Positions 56,248 to 64,000 of a stretch of DNA of 64,000 bases are shown here, in pieces. A program made the translations under genes and the position numbers. Numbering within the stretch: the first letter of the stretch is position 1; every line of letters starts with the position of its first letter. Origin of the DNA: a virus; the IMG/VR virus record IMGVR_UViG_3300044641_004408, positions 5,237 through 69,236 of that record. One strand, given 5' to 3'. The notes beneath the pieces were generated by a model. It was not told where the DNA came from. It was given only the letters and a program-made list of their open reading frames with translations, and did not search any database.

Positions 56248-56445
56248 TTAATCGTTAGTAAAATCAGTTCCCATTGCCTTGTTTATCTTTTCTAGATTTT
56301 CATCCGAAATATTCATAATCCTATGAATTAATATCCCATACAATGTCCCATATGGCACTCCTGATTTTCTTGCAAGCCAAGCTAGTGGCCTTTCTTCTTG
56401 CTCTAGGTGTAACAAGATAAGGTCTTTTACATTTTGTTTTTTCAT
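56248..56445 (-). CDS. Cro/XRE-like HTH regulator
   Basis: WLARKSGVPYGTLYGIL. Confidence 0.75.
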   Translation of the reverse strand: MKKQNVKDLILLHLEQEERPLAWLARKSGVPYGTLYGILIHRIMNISDENLEKINKAMGTDFTND

Positions 56446-56549
56446 AAAAATTTTGGTTGAAGAACAAAGTAAAGAAGTTTTATTTAAATAAAAAAATATT
56501 TTTCCCCAATTATTTTTTAAAATTTATTTTGTGATTTAATTAAATTAAT

Positions 56550-56557
56550 TATCTTTG
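56550..56557 (+). promoter_or_regulatory. Bacteroidota-type -7 box
   Basis: TATCTTTG in divergent intergenic region. Confidence 0.55.
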
Positions 56558-56681
56558 TTAAAATATTCAAAAATGAAAACAAATTTTAAACTAACATGCA
56601 AAGCTGGAACTTATGAAGCTAATACATTTTTTAAATTAGTAATTGAAGTGTTAAAGCATAGATTTTGGCATTTAAAAACAC

Positions 56682-56885
56682 ATGGTAAATGGATGGATTA
56701 AATACAGAATTATGATAGAGAATAGAGAATTAATATATGAATTAGCAAAGAGGTTGGATATGGTTATAGAAGTTACAAAAGAAGGAAAATACATAGGTAA
56801 ATATAGATTCATAAACGACAAATTACACAAACTAAAAGAAGATGAGAAATTCAACAATAATAGTGAAGAAGAAAAGGTGCGTTAG
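56682..56885 (+). CDS. Hypothetical protein
   Basis: ORF upstream of ninG; start uncertain. Confidence 0.45.
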   Translation: MVNGWIKYRIMIENRELIYELAKRLDMVIEVTKEGKYIGKYRFINDKLHKLKEDEKFNNNSEEEKVR

Positions 56886-57378
56886 TTGCGGAAATATTGA
56901 TTATCATTTTTCTAAAAAGATGTGCAAGCAATGTGCTACAGTGGTTTCTACGCAAAAGAGAATGGAAGAATTTGAAGATGATTCAGAAAGTTTTCAAAAT
57001 TTAGTTGCAGATCTTGACCATGTATTTAGCCAGTATTTAAGAAATAAATATGCAGATAAAACAGGTATGGTAGAATGTTATACTTGTGGTGGTAAACATA
57101 CTATTGCAGAAATACAATGTGGTCATTTTATGGGTAGAGTAAATTTAGGAACAAGATGGATGGAAGATAATTGCAGACCACAATGTATGGAATGTAATTA
57201 CTTTAAGACAGGTAATATTGAAGAATTTGAGAATAAACTAAACGAAGAGAATGGAGCATTAGTTGAATACCTTAGAGAAACAGCTAGGCAGACAGTAAGA
57301 CCAACAAGAGATGAGCTTAAATCTTTGATCCTAGAATACAGGGCAAAGCTGAACTTAGTAAAAAAGAAATTTATTTAA
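56842..57378 (+). CDS. ninG: NinG/Rap-like recombination nuclease
   Basis: DHVFS.YLR, CYTCG, CGHF, NC..QC..CN. Confidence 0.8.
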   Translation: MRNSTIIVKKKRCVSCGNIDYHFSKKMCKQCATVVSTQKRMEEFEDDSESFQNLVADLDHVFSQYLRNKYADKTGMVECYTCGGKHTIAEIQCGHFMGRVNLGTRWMEDNCRPQCMECNYFKTGNIEEFENKLNEENGALVEYLRETARQTVRPTRDELKSLILEYRAKLNLVKKKFI

Positions 57379-57420
57379 TTTTACAGAAGTAATTGTAGAT
57401 TGGTGGTTTTAAGCAAATAT

Positions 57421-57453
57421 ACCCTCCTGTATTTCTATACTGGGAGGGTTTTT
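57421..57453 (+). terminator. Intrinsic terminator
   Basis: ACCCTCC/GGAGGGT stem then TTTT. Confidence 0.65.
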
Positions 57454-57543
57454 AAAATGGTAGTATTTTTACTACCTTTTATTTTAATTAAATTAATTTT
57501 GGTTAGTATATTTAATTAAATTAATTTTACAAAAAATTATAAA

Positions 57544-57741
57544 ATGGCAAGAAAAATAGATCCAGAATCAGTTACAAGTAAAGTAGCAGAATTAGAATTA
57601 AACCAAGATTATGTTTTTGACAATCCATACACATCTGTTATGGTTATGGTTTCAAATCTTAAAAAGAAAAAAGGACATGAAAAAAAATTATTTAAAGTGA
57701 AATTTATTGATGAAAAAACAACCGTAACAAGAATAAAATAA
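57544..57741 (+). CDS. Small putative DNA-binding protein
   Basis: Basic 65 aa ending VTRIK. Confidence 0.5.
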   Translation: MARKIDPESVTSKVAELELNQDYVFDNPYTSVMVMVSNLKKKKGHEKKLFKVKFIDEKTTVTRIK

Positions 57742-57746
57742 GTATT

Positions 57747-58106
57747 ATGCACATCCAAACCGTTAACTACACTAGAACATTTAATTTAGGTAATTACTCG
57801 TCTGAAAAAATTGGTGTTGAATTTTCTCTTAATCAAGGCGAGTCTGCAAACAAAGCTCTTGATATTGCAAGAGAGTTAGTAGAAGAATATCATAAGCAAA
57901 ATGTAGAAAGATTAAAAAGCTTAGGGTATTATCATGATGAAATTGTTGAAGTAATTCCTACTCAATCAAAGCAAACATTAGCTGAAAAAACAAAATCATT
58001 TATTGATTCTTGCAAAACGAAAGAGGAATTAAAAGCTTGGGAGTTAATGAGCAAAAGCAATCCTGAACTATTAGAACATTATAACAACAAACTAAACACA
58101 CTTTAA
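57747..58106 (+). CDS. Hypothetical phage protein
   Basis: NLGNYSSEKIG motif. Confidence 0.6.
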   Translation: MHIQTVNYTRTFNLGNYSSEKIGVEFSLNQGESANKALDIARELVEEYHKQNVERLKSLGYYHDEIVEVIPTQSKQTLAEKTKSFIDSCKTKEELKAWELMSKSNPELLEHYNNKLNTL

Positions 58107-58834
58107 TGAACTGGAACGAAACACTAATCAGAGCAAGCTCTGTCGGTTATTTAATGACCGAACCTGTAACTAAAGCAGATAAAGAAGCTGGAGTATTATC
58201 AAAGACTGCACAAAAACATTTAATTGAAGTTTATATCTCTGAAAAATATGGAAGAAAGCGAGATATACAAACAAAACAAATGAAGAAGGGCATTGAAGCG
58301 GAACAAGATTCTATTGATTTATTATCAATGTATCTTAAATTACCATTTAGCAAAAACGAAGAACGATTTAAAAATGATTTTATAACAGGGTTACCAGATA
58401 TTATAAATGGTGATACAATTATTGACATAAAGTCAAGTTATGATCTTTGGACATTCTTAGGTAACATACCAGACAAGTTAGATAACTTATACTATTGGCA
58501 AATGCAGTCTTATATGTGGCTTACAGGCACAAGAAAAGCTACTATTGCGTATTGTTTAGTTAATACACCAGAAAGTATTATTCAACAAGAGAAATATTAT
58601 CTGCTTAAAAAGATGGATGTAATTTCAGAAGAAAGTCCAGAATTTATCAAAGAAGCAATGAAGGTAGAATTCAATATGACATTTGATGATATATCAATTA
58701 ACGAAAGAATACTTACGTTTAATGTAAATAGAAGTGAAGATGATATTTTACGCATTGAAAATAAAGTTATAAAAGCTAGAACGTTTTTACAAGAATTAGA
58801 ACAAACGCATTTAAACTTTAATAATGAGTGCTAA
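58106..58834 (+). CDS. YqaJ/lambda-exonuclease-like PD-(D/E)XK nuclease
   Basis: RASS, G...E, G.PD, DIKS, YYWQMQ.YM. Confidence 0.8.
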   Translation: MNWNETLIRASSVGYLMTEPVTKADKEAGVLSKTAQKHLIEVYISEKYGRKRDIQTKQMKKGIEAEQDSIDLLSMYLKLPFSKNEERFKNDFITGLPDIINGDTIIDIKSSYDLWTFLGNIPDKLDNLYYWQMQSYMWLTGTRKATIAYCLVNTPESIIQQEKYYLLKKMDVISEESPEFIKEAMKVEFNMTFDDISINERILTFNVNRSEDDILRIENKVIKARTFLQELEQTHLNFNNEC

Positions 58835-59177
58835 CATCATAAGTGCTGTTCAAAATTTAAAATTAGCTCAAGAACAGTTTGAGGATTTTTGTAGGCAATA
58901 TCCTGAAACAAAAGGAGAAAAATTATTTAAAGTTTACGTTGCTAAGATTAATTGGATGTTTAACGATATTGTAACCCATCCATTTTTAACTGAAGAAGTA
59001 AGATCAGGTATTAAAAAAGAGATAAATAGTGATATATTTGCTATACCGGCAATCCATGAAAAAATTGCATTGTTAACTCCAGAGCAAAGAGAAATGATAG
59101 AGCTAACATTAGACGCAATGCTTGACGGAGAGGAGGTAAAAATAGTAGATATAAAACATTTAAATGATGGAGGTTAG
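58824..59177 (+). CDS. Hypothetical protein
   Basis: Overlapping ORF in operon. Confidence 0.55.
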   Translation: MSANIISAVQNLKLAQEQFEDFCRQYPETKGEKLFKVYVAKINWMFNDIVTHPFLTEEVRSGIKKEINSDIFAIPAIHEKIALLTPEQREMIELTLDAMLDGEEVKIVDIKHLNDGG

Positions 59178-59345
59178 CGTTGTATATGAAGTAGCTGATA
59201 TAGTTTGTGATTCATGTTTAAATTATCATGTAGCAGTTATAGAAACTAATATGATTAAATGGTTTGATGAAAGTGTTGAAGTAAGATATTTAGAAGAAAT
59301 ACAATGTCCGCATTGTGAAAAAATGACAAAAATAAAAAGATAAAA

Positions 59346-59609
59346 ATGGCAAAGAAAAAAACAGAGATACCAAAAGAAATACAAGTTTATACAGAAGGAT
59401 GTGATTTTTGTATGCAGTTTGATTATGATGAACCCCATGTAGTAGGTGCAAGCCCAGATGGAGATGGTGGATTAGAGATTGTATTAAAAGCGTACCAAGA
59501 CGCTGGTATTACTTTTGTGTGTCCAAATACTGGCAAAAAGCTTAGATTATTTTCAAGACCTTTGTCTGATGCAGGTAAAAAAATATTAGAAGATCAGCCC
59601 CCAGCTTAA
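59346..59609 (+). CDS. Hypothetical protein
   Basis: 87-aa ORF with A-rich leader. Confidence 0.55.
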   Translation: MAKKKTEIPKEIQVYTEGCDFCMQFDYDEPHVVGASPDGDGGLEIVLKAYQDAGITFVCPNTGKKLRLFSRPLSDAGKKILEDQPPA

Positions 59610-59613
59610 TAAA

Positions 59614-59685
59614 TGCTGGTTGGTGTAATTGGCAACACTACAGATTTTGATTCTGTCATTCAAGGTTCAAATCCTTGACCAGTAA
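59614..59685 (+). tRNA. trnQ: tRNA-Gln (TTG)
   Basis: Acceptor TGCTGGT/ACCAGTA, anticodon arm ACAGA-TTTTGAT-TCTGT, T-arm GGTTCAAATCC; CCA not encoded. Confidence 0.9.
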
Positions 59686-59700
59686 CTAATAAATATTTTT

Positions 59701-60027
59701 ATGTCAGTTAATTTTAATAGTACAAGATGTAGTTATTGTGAAAGAAGATTTACTGAAATTAATTATAGAACAAAAGAACATATTGTTCCATTATCTAAAG
59801 GAGGGAATAATTATTTTGAGAACCTTGTATGGATATGCAATGAGTGTAATAATTTTAGAGGCAATAAAGACTTGCCATATTTTTATAATCAAATAAATAA
59901 TATACTTAATAACAATAGAACTATTAAGATTAAAATTTACACTTATAATAGGCAAGATTTACAAAATATGGTTAAAAACTTATCCTATTATAAAACTAAA
60001 GAACTTATGATTTCTTATGAGCGTTAG
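59701..60027 (+). CDS. HNH endonuclease
   Basis: CSYC, EHIVPLSKGG.N...NL..IC.ECN. Confidence 0.85.
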   Translation: MSVNFNSTRCSYCERRFTEINYRTKEHIVPLSKGGNNYFENLVWICNECNNFRGNKDLPYFYNQINNILNNNRTIKIKIYTYNRQDLQNMVKNLSYYKTKELMISYER

Positions 60028-60298
60028 CAAACTTACGAGCTGCTTCAACACTACCAAATCCCCAAGCCTTAAGAGCTAATGCTTTACGAGTAGGTTCACC
60101 ATTTGGTTTTTTCATAGCACCTAGCATACCAGCAAAACGAGCTGCAAAAGAAACTCTACGAGGGTTAACACCTGATTTTACAGGAGCTTTTAAATTGCCA
60201 CCAGTTTCTGCATTGTAAGATGCACGACCTTTGGCATTTAAGCCACCTTCTTCATTCTTACCTTCTTTACGCTGCCACGCGCTTGTTTGATATGCCAT
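60005..60298 (-). CDS. DUF6321-like small basic phage protein
   Basis: AWQRKEGKN..GGLN.KGR, RR.SF.AR, AL..W. Confidence 0.7.
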   Translation of the reverse strand: MAYQTSAWQRKEGKNEEGGLNAKGRASYNAETGGNLKAPVKSGVNPRRVSFAARFAGMLGAMKKPNGEPTRKALALKAWGFGSVEAARKFANAHKKS

Positions 60299-60824
60299 TT
60301 TGATTATTAATTATCGTTTTACATAAATTTATAAAATCTTCTTGAGATAAATCTGACTTTGCAGTATTTACTATTCTACAAACAAATTGAATATTGTCTG
60401 TTTCATAGCCTTTTGAAGAATCAATTCTATCTATTGAAGCGTTTGTATTTACAACACCTTCTCCCAAAAGCATTGTCATATCCCAACCAGTTAATGCGCA
60501 TTTGCCATTTTGATTGTTAAACAAATTCACCAAATCATCAATACTAACGCAAGATTTTTTTCTACCAATAGCCTTTGATCTTAAATATGTTAAATAACTT
60601 CTTAAACTTTTTGTTCTTTTAAAATTTACATAAGTTAATTTATCCTTACCCCATGTTTTTTTGTGGTAAGACTTCATTTTGGTAGAAATGCAATTTTTAC
60701 ACCAAGATTGATATTTTGGAGAACCATCAACCTTTTTTCCAGTCGTATAAAAACCACTTAGTTGAAAGTACTCTTGACAACAAGAACAGTTTTTTCCTTC
60801 TTTTCTTTGCCAAGCTCCAGACAT
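60267..60824 (-). CDS. Putative homing endonuclease (Cys-rich, His-Me-finger-like)
   Basis: CxxC N-terminus, QNGKCALTG, SIDRIDS.KGY..DN.Q.V...VN..K. Confidence 0.75.
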   Translation of the reverse strand: MSGAWQRKEGKNCSCCQEYFQLSGFYTTGKKVDGSPKYQSWCKNCISTKMKSYHKKTWGKDKLTYVNFKRTKSLRSYLTYLRSKAIGRKKSCVSIDDLVNLFNNQNGKCALTGWDMTMLLGEGVVNTNASIDRIDSSKGYETDNIQFVCRIVNTAKSDLSQEDFINLCKTIINNQNGISNKRVAA

Positions 60825-60827
60825 AAG

Positions 60828-60983
60828 TTACTTTTTTTCTTGTGCTTTAATCTTTTTTTCTTGCTTTAACATTTCAGGTGTTGGTTTTTTACCAGAACCA
60901 GCAGCTGCACGAATGTTATCCCATAAACCTCTGCGAGAATAAGAGCCATCTGCTCTTTTCATCATTTTTAATTTACTTTTCAT
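60828..60983 (-). CDS. Small basic protein (GLWDNI motif)
   Basis: 51-aa ORF read manually. Confidence 0.55.
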   Translation of the reverse strand: MKSKLKMMKRADGSYSRRGLWDNIRAAAGSGKKPTPEMLKQEKKIKAQEKK

Positions 60984-60986
60984 ACG

Positions 60987-61277
60987 CTAATTTACAACTT
61001 TATTTTTATTTTCAGACTTCCAAATTGCTAAATCTATTCCAGATAACCCAATAGGAGGTTCCATAATGCTATTTTGAGGCTTTATTTCGGGCTTTTGTGC
61101 TTTTTTTGGATATTCTATAGGTTTAACTGGTAAAACCTCCTCTACAGGCTTTATATTGCCATAATTATCCATTAAATAGTTTACTACTTGCTGAATAGAT
61201 GTCAAATTTTGCTCTTTTTGAATCATATCCAACTTATATAAGTCAAATCTAACCCCAATTGGTTTACTTTTTGCCAT
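60987..61277 (-). CDS. Putative ribbon-helix-helix DNA-binding protein
   Basis: KSKPIGVRFD strand followed by two helices. Confidence 0.55.
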   Translation of the reverse strand: MAKSKPIGVRFDLYKLDMIQKEQNLTSIQQVVNYLMDNYGNIKPVEEVLPVKPIEYPKKAQKPEIKPQNSIMEPPIGLSGIDLAIWKSENKNKVVN

Positions 61278-61280
61278 AAA

Positions 61281-61901
61281 TTATTTATTTTCTATGATAT
61301 CGTAATAAAATGAATCGGTATCTTCAGTAATCCATTTGTCTGATTGATTTTCTACTGACAAAAGCTCTGTATCTACCTTGTATTGTTTCAAATCTTCTGG
61401 CAATCTCTTGGTTACCCAATTAGAATCCTTCCAAAATATTCTATTATTGGGCATACAAAGCAAATAACCATCGTCAGATGCTAATATATGACCGCATTTA
61501 TAGTCGGATGGCTCATTGCTGTAGGGATTATTATACCAATCTACTGTAAACATATAATTAGCCCATACTTTAGATCCATCTCTAAGTACAACTTGGCATC
61601 TATGGTAAGCTAAAAAGTCGTATTCAATAACAGATACATTTTCACTAAAGCAATCCCATAGCTGTTTGTAGTAAAATGGTACATCTTTTTCAGGTTTTTG
61701 TATGTAGATCTCAGAAAGCGGGACTCTGCTTCTCATCATACCTGAATCGGTTAAAATATGAAATGTAAGCATTTTACCGGCTATGGACTGTACGCCAAAT
61801 ACATAAACGTTATAATACTCATCATTATCTGCCTCGTTTTTTGTAAAGTAAGATTTCTTCACAACAGCCTTAAAACTACTTACGTTTGCATTTAATTTCA
61901 T
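61281..61901 (-). CDS. Hypothetical phage protein
   Basis: QLWDCFS, Y.FTVDW, KCGH, PNNRI motifs. Confidence 0.65.
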   Translation of the reverse strand: MKLNANVSSFKAVVKKSYFTKNEADNDEYYNVYVFGVQSIAGKMLTFHILTDSGMMRSRVPLSEIYIQKPEKDVPFYYKQLWDCFSENVSVIEYDFLAYHRCQVVLRDGSKVWANYMFTVDWYNNPYSNEPSDYKCGHILASDDGYLLCMPNNRIFWKDSNWVTKRLPEDLKQYKVDTELLSVENQSDKWITEDTDSFYYDIIENK

Positions 61902-61913
61902 AGGTTATTTAAT

Positions 61914-61990
61914 TGTAGCTACAAAGTTAAGTTAATTATTCCAAATGTAGCTACAAAAATTAAATTAATTATAGCAAATGTAGCTACAAA
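61914..61990. repeat. Three TGTAGCTACA palindromes at 32-33 bp spacing
   Basis: Copies at 61914, 61946 and 61979. Confidence 0.9.
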
Positions 61991-62285
61991 TCCCCCCCAC
62001 CCAAAGAACATAAAAACAAAAGCAACCCACCCCAACCAGAGCAACCGCAAGGGATTGCAAGAGCCAGACCAAAGACCACCAACCCCACCACCAAAGCCAA
62101 AGCCACAAAGGAAAAGGACTAACCGCAACCCAACACAAAAACGAGGTACCCAGTGCAAGAAAATCGCAACCCCAAAAAATAAACGGATAGCTCGGAGCGG
62201 GGGGGTCGCTTGACCGTATGTTGATGCAGAAGTTGGTTGGTTTTTATTAATAGAATTTTTGGTGGAATCAGTGGAAAATATTTTG

Positions 62286-62293
62286 TATATTTG
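62286..62293 (+). promoter_or_regulatory. Bacteroidota-type -7 box
   Basis: TATATTTG just upstream of 62308. Confidence 0.55.
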
Positions 62294-62307
62294 GGGTACT
62301 AAAAAGC

Positions 62308-62865
62308 ATGATAATGTTAGAATCAATGAAAAAAGGCGGTGGTAAAAAGAAAGCAAAAGAAGTTATTGCTTATGAAAGAAAATCATCAATGCCAAGTAAA
62401 ATAGCAAAAGGCCCTTCAAAAGAGCAAAGAGAAGAAGGTGCTGCTACTATCAAAAGGGTAGGTAGAGAAATGCGAGATAAATTTGAAGGAACGCAAGAAT
62501 TTGGTGACGATTATGAAAAGCTTGATTTAACATTATCAGGAGTAGGTATAAATAAATCTGATATAGAGAATCCAAAAAAAATGCGCTATTTCACAAGCAA
62601 GAATTATGGTGATGAAGAAGTAACTAGATACCCTAATACTGAAGCTTTAAAAGTAACACGAAAAAATGAAATTACTGGTAAGCCAGAAGCGTTTGTTGAG
62701 AGCATTAAAGAAAGAAAGGAAAGAGTATATCAAAGAGATAAAGCTAGAGTATTAGACATGCTAAAAAAAGCTAAAAACCAAAAACCTCTAGAACCAACAA
62801 GATATATGTCAGATGAAAATGTTTCAAGATTAGCAGAAGGTCTTAAGAAAAATAAAAATAAATAG
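62308..62865 (+). CDS. Hypothetical charged protein
   Basis: 185-aa K/E-rich ORF. Confidence 0.6.
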   Translation: MIMLESMKKGGGKKKAKEVIAYERKSSMPSKIAKGPSKEQREEGAATIKRVGREMRDKFEGTQEFGDDYEKLDLTLSGVGINKSDIENPKKMRYFTSKNYGDEEVTRYPNTEALKVTRKNEITGKPEAFVESIKERKERVYQRDKARVLDMLKKAKNQKPLEPTRYMSDENVSRLAEGLKKNKNK

Positions 62866-62872
62866 AAATAAT

Positions 62873-63121
62873 ATGCAACAAGATCCAAAAGGAATGGTAA
62901 GAACGGAAATGGGCAGATTAGTAAAGAAGTCTGATCAAGATGCTTGGGAAAAGAAGGCATCAGACGCAATGCAAGATCAATACATGAATAGAGCAAAGGA
63001 TGCAGCAAAAGCAAGAGCGATGAAATTAGGTTCTATGAAGAAGAAAAGTTTCCCAGACTTAAACAAAGACGGTAAGGTAACAAAAGCCGATGTCTTAAAA
63101 GGCCGTGGAGTTATAAAATAG
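62873..63121 (+). CDS. Small protein with EF-hand-like DxNxDG motif
   Basis: PDLNKDGKVTKAD. Confidence 0.6.
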   Translation: MQQDPKGMVRTEMGRLVKKSDQDAWEKKASDAMQDQYMNRAKDAAKARAMKLGSMKKKSFPDLNKDGKVTKADVLKGRGVIK

Positions 63122-63150
63122 TTTAGTTGGTTATTATGTTTTCGTTTAAT

Positions 63151-63180
63151 AAGCCTCCCTTAAAAAAGGAGGTTTTATTT
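63151..63180 (+). terminator. Intrinsic terminator
   Basis: AAGCCTCC/GGAGGTTT stem followed by T-rich tail. Confidence 0.65.
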
Positions 63181-63248
63181 TGTACATAATTCTGTACGTT
63201 TTTTGGTAAATGTTACAATATGATGTATATTGCATCAAACTGCATCAA

Positions 63249-63431
63249 ATGAAAAAAAGAATTACAATTAGCCTTTCAGAAGAAAGTTACATTAAACTAC
63301 AACTTCTAGCCAAAAAGAAAAAATGGTCATTAAGCAAAACAGTAGAGGATATTTTAGAAAGACAGATGGCAAAACAAAAGCCATCAGTTCAATATGTGGG
63401 AGGGATAGGTTATGAAAAAAGTAATCCTTAA
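63249..63431 (+). CDS. CopG-like ribbon-helix-helix protein
   Basis: MKKRITISLSEE...LAKK...SLS..VE. Confidence 0.7.
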   Translation: MKKRITISLSEESYIKLQLLAKKKKWSLSKTVEDILERQMAKQKPSVQYVGGIGYEKSNP

Positions 63432-63867
63432 CATAACACCTCAAACCCACGTCAGGGCAACTCAAGGTGATTCAATATTTTTCAGGATACCTAGAGAGAA
63501 ATTACGTCCAGCCGGCTTAAGCAGATTGATGAGATTAGAAAAGTACAATAAGTACAAAGTGGATCTATGCGCAGAAGCCAAATCAAAAAGATTCATTCTT
63601 CCCCCAGTCGGAGCTTCCATAACTTTCTTTATCCCAGTTCCACACTCTTGGTCTAAGAAAAAAAAGAAATTACATCATGGCAGATTCCACCAGTCCAAAC
63701 CAGACATAGACAACTTGCAAAAAGCTTTCTTAGATTCCCTGATGGCAGAAGATAAACAAATAGCTCATTTGGAAGTACAGAAAAGATGGGTTGACTTTGA
63801 AGTAGGATGGATAGAAATCTCCTCCAAAGAATATGAGGAAGTCCTTGACCTACCCTCCCCCAAATAA
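63412..63867 (+). CDS. rusA: RusA-like Holliday junction resolvase
   Basis: P.SWSKKK, KPDIDNL.KA..D.L...D. Confidence 0.85.
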   Translation: MKKVILNITPQTHVRATQGDSIFFRIPREKLRPAGLSRLMRLEKYNKYKVDLCAEAKSKRFILPPVGASITFFIPVPHSWSKKKKKLHHGRFHQSKPDIDNLQKAFLDSLMAEDKQIAHLEVQKRWVDFEVGWIEISSKEYEEVLDLPSPK

Positions 63868-63874
63868 GCCTCTC

Positions 63875-64000
63875 GCCAAAGACTCCGCGTTTGTGAGTAT
63901 TATATACGCATACTCTAGCAATCCCTAAATTATTACATGTAATAATTTAGGGATTGCTAGAGTATGCGTATATAATACTCACAAACGCGGAGTCTTTGGC
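63875..64000. repeat. Perfect palindrome of at least 126 bp, no loop
   Basis: Centre TATTACA|TGTAATA at 63937/63938; 63-bp arms reach the window edge. Confidence 0.95.

Larger units (their letters stand above)
1..64000. mobile_element. Tailed dsDNA bacteriophage genome segment (podovirus-like, probable Bacteroidota host)
   Basis: Terminase, portal, MCP, tail stabiliser, fibres, endolysin and replication genes; no host housekeeping genes; no integrase in the window. Confidence 0.95.

Noticed and set aside
61914-61990. Mini CRISPR array
   Set aside because: Repeats are only 10-12 bp, the spacers resemble each other, and there are no cas genes
61919-62356. 145-aa hydrophobic minus-strand ORF
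   Set aside because: Arises from the G/T-skewed tract lacking stop codons; overlaps a promoter box and the repeat array
1-64000. Stop-codon reassignment as in some crAss-like phages
   Set aside because: Long genes are intact in the standard code and the tRNA is not a suppressor

Overview
The window is part of a tailed dsDNA phage genome (podovirus-like, AT-rich, standard genetic code). The host is most likely a Bacteroidota member, judged by TAnnTTTG promoter boxes, A-rich leaders, a DUF4373 initiator and a BT4734-like primase. Left to right it carries: small early-type genes; a lysis cassette; a ~6.6 kb glycosyltransferase/methyltransferase island; three tail-fibre genes; ejection/internal proteins interrupted by a ferritin; tail, neck and head genes (stabiliser, GroES, MCP, scaffold, portal, terminase); replication/recombination genes; tRNA-Gln; a candidate origin/terminus region; and a perfect palindrome of at least 126 bp running off the right edge. 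The best candidate for an undescribed system is phage-encoded virion O-glycosylation. Two enzymes resemble protein-acting glycosyltransferases (Aah/TibC-type heptosyltransferase; plant SGT1/HPAT-like), and they co-occur with mucin-like (T)nAAP tails on four unlinked structural-region proteins and SGTSG repeats in a fibre. The tail stabiliser gene also appears split by a mucin/Cys-repeat insertion. All family calls come from reading motifs by eye; no searches were run.
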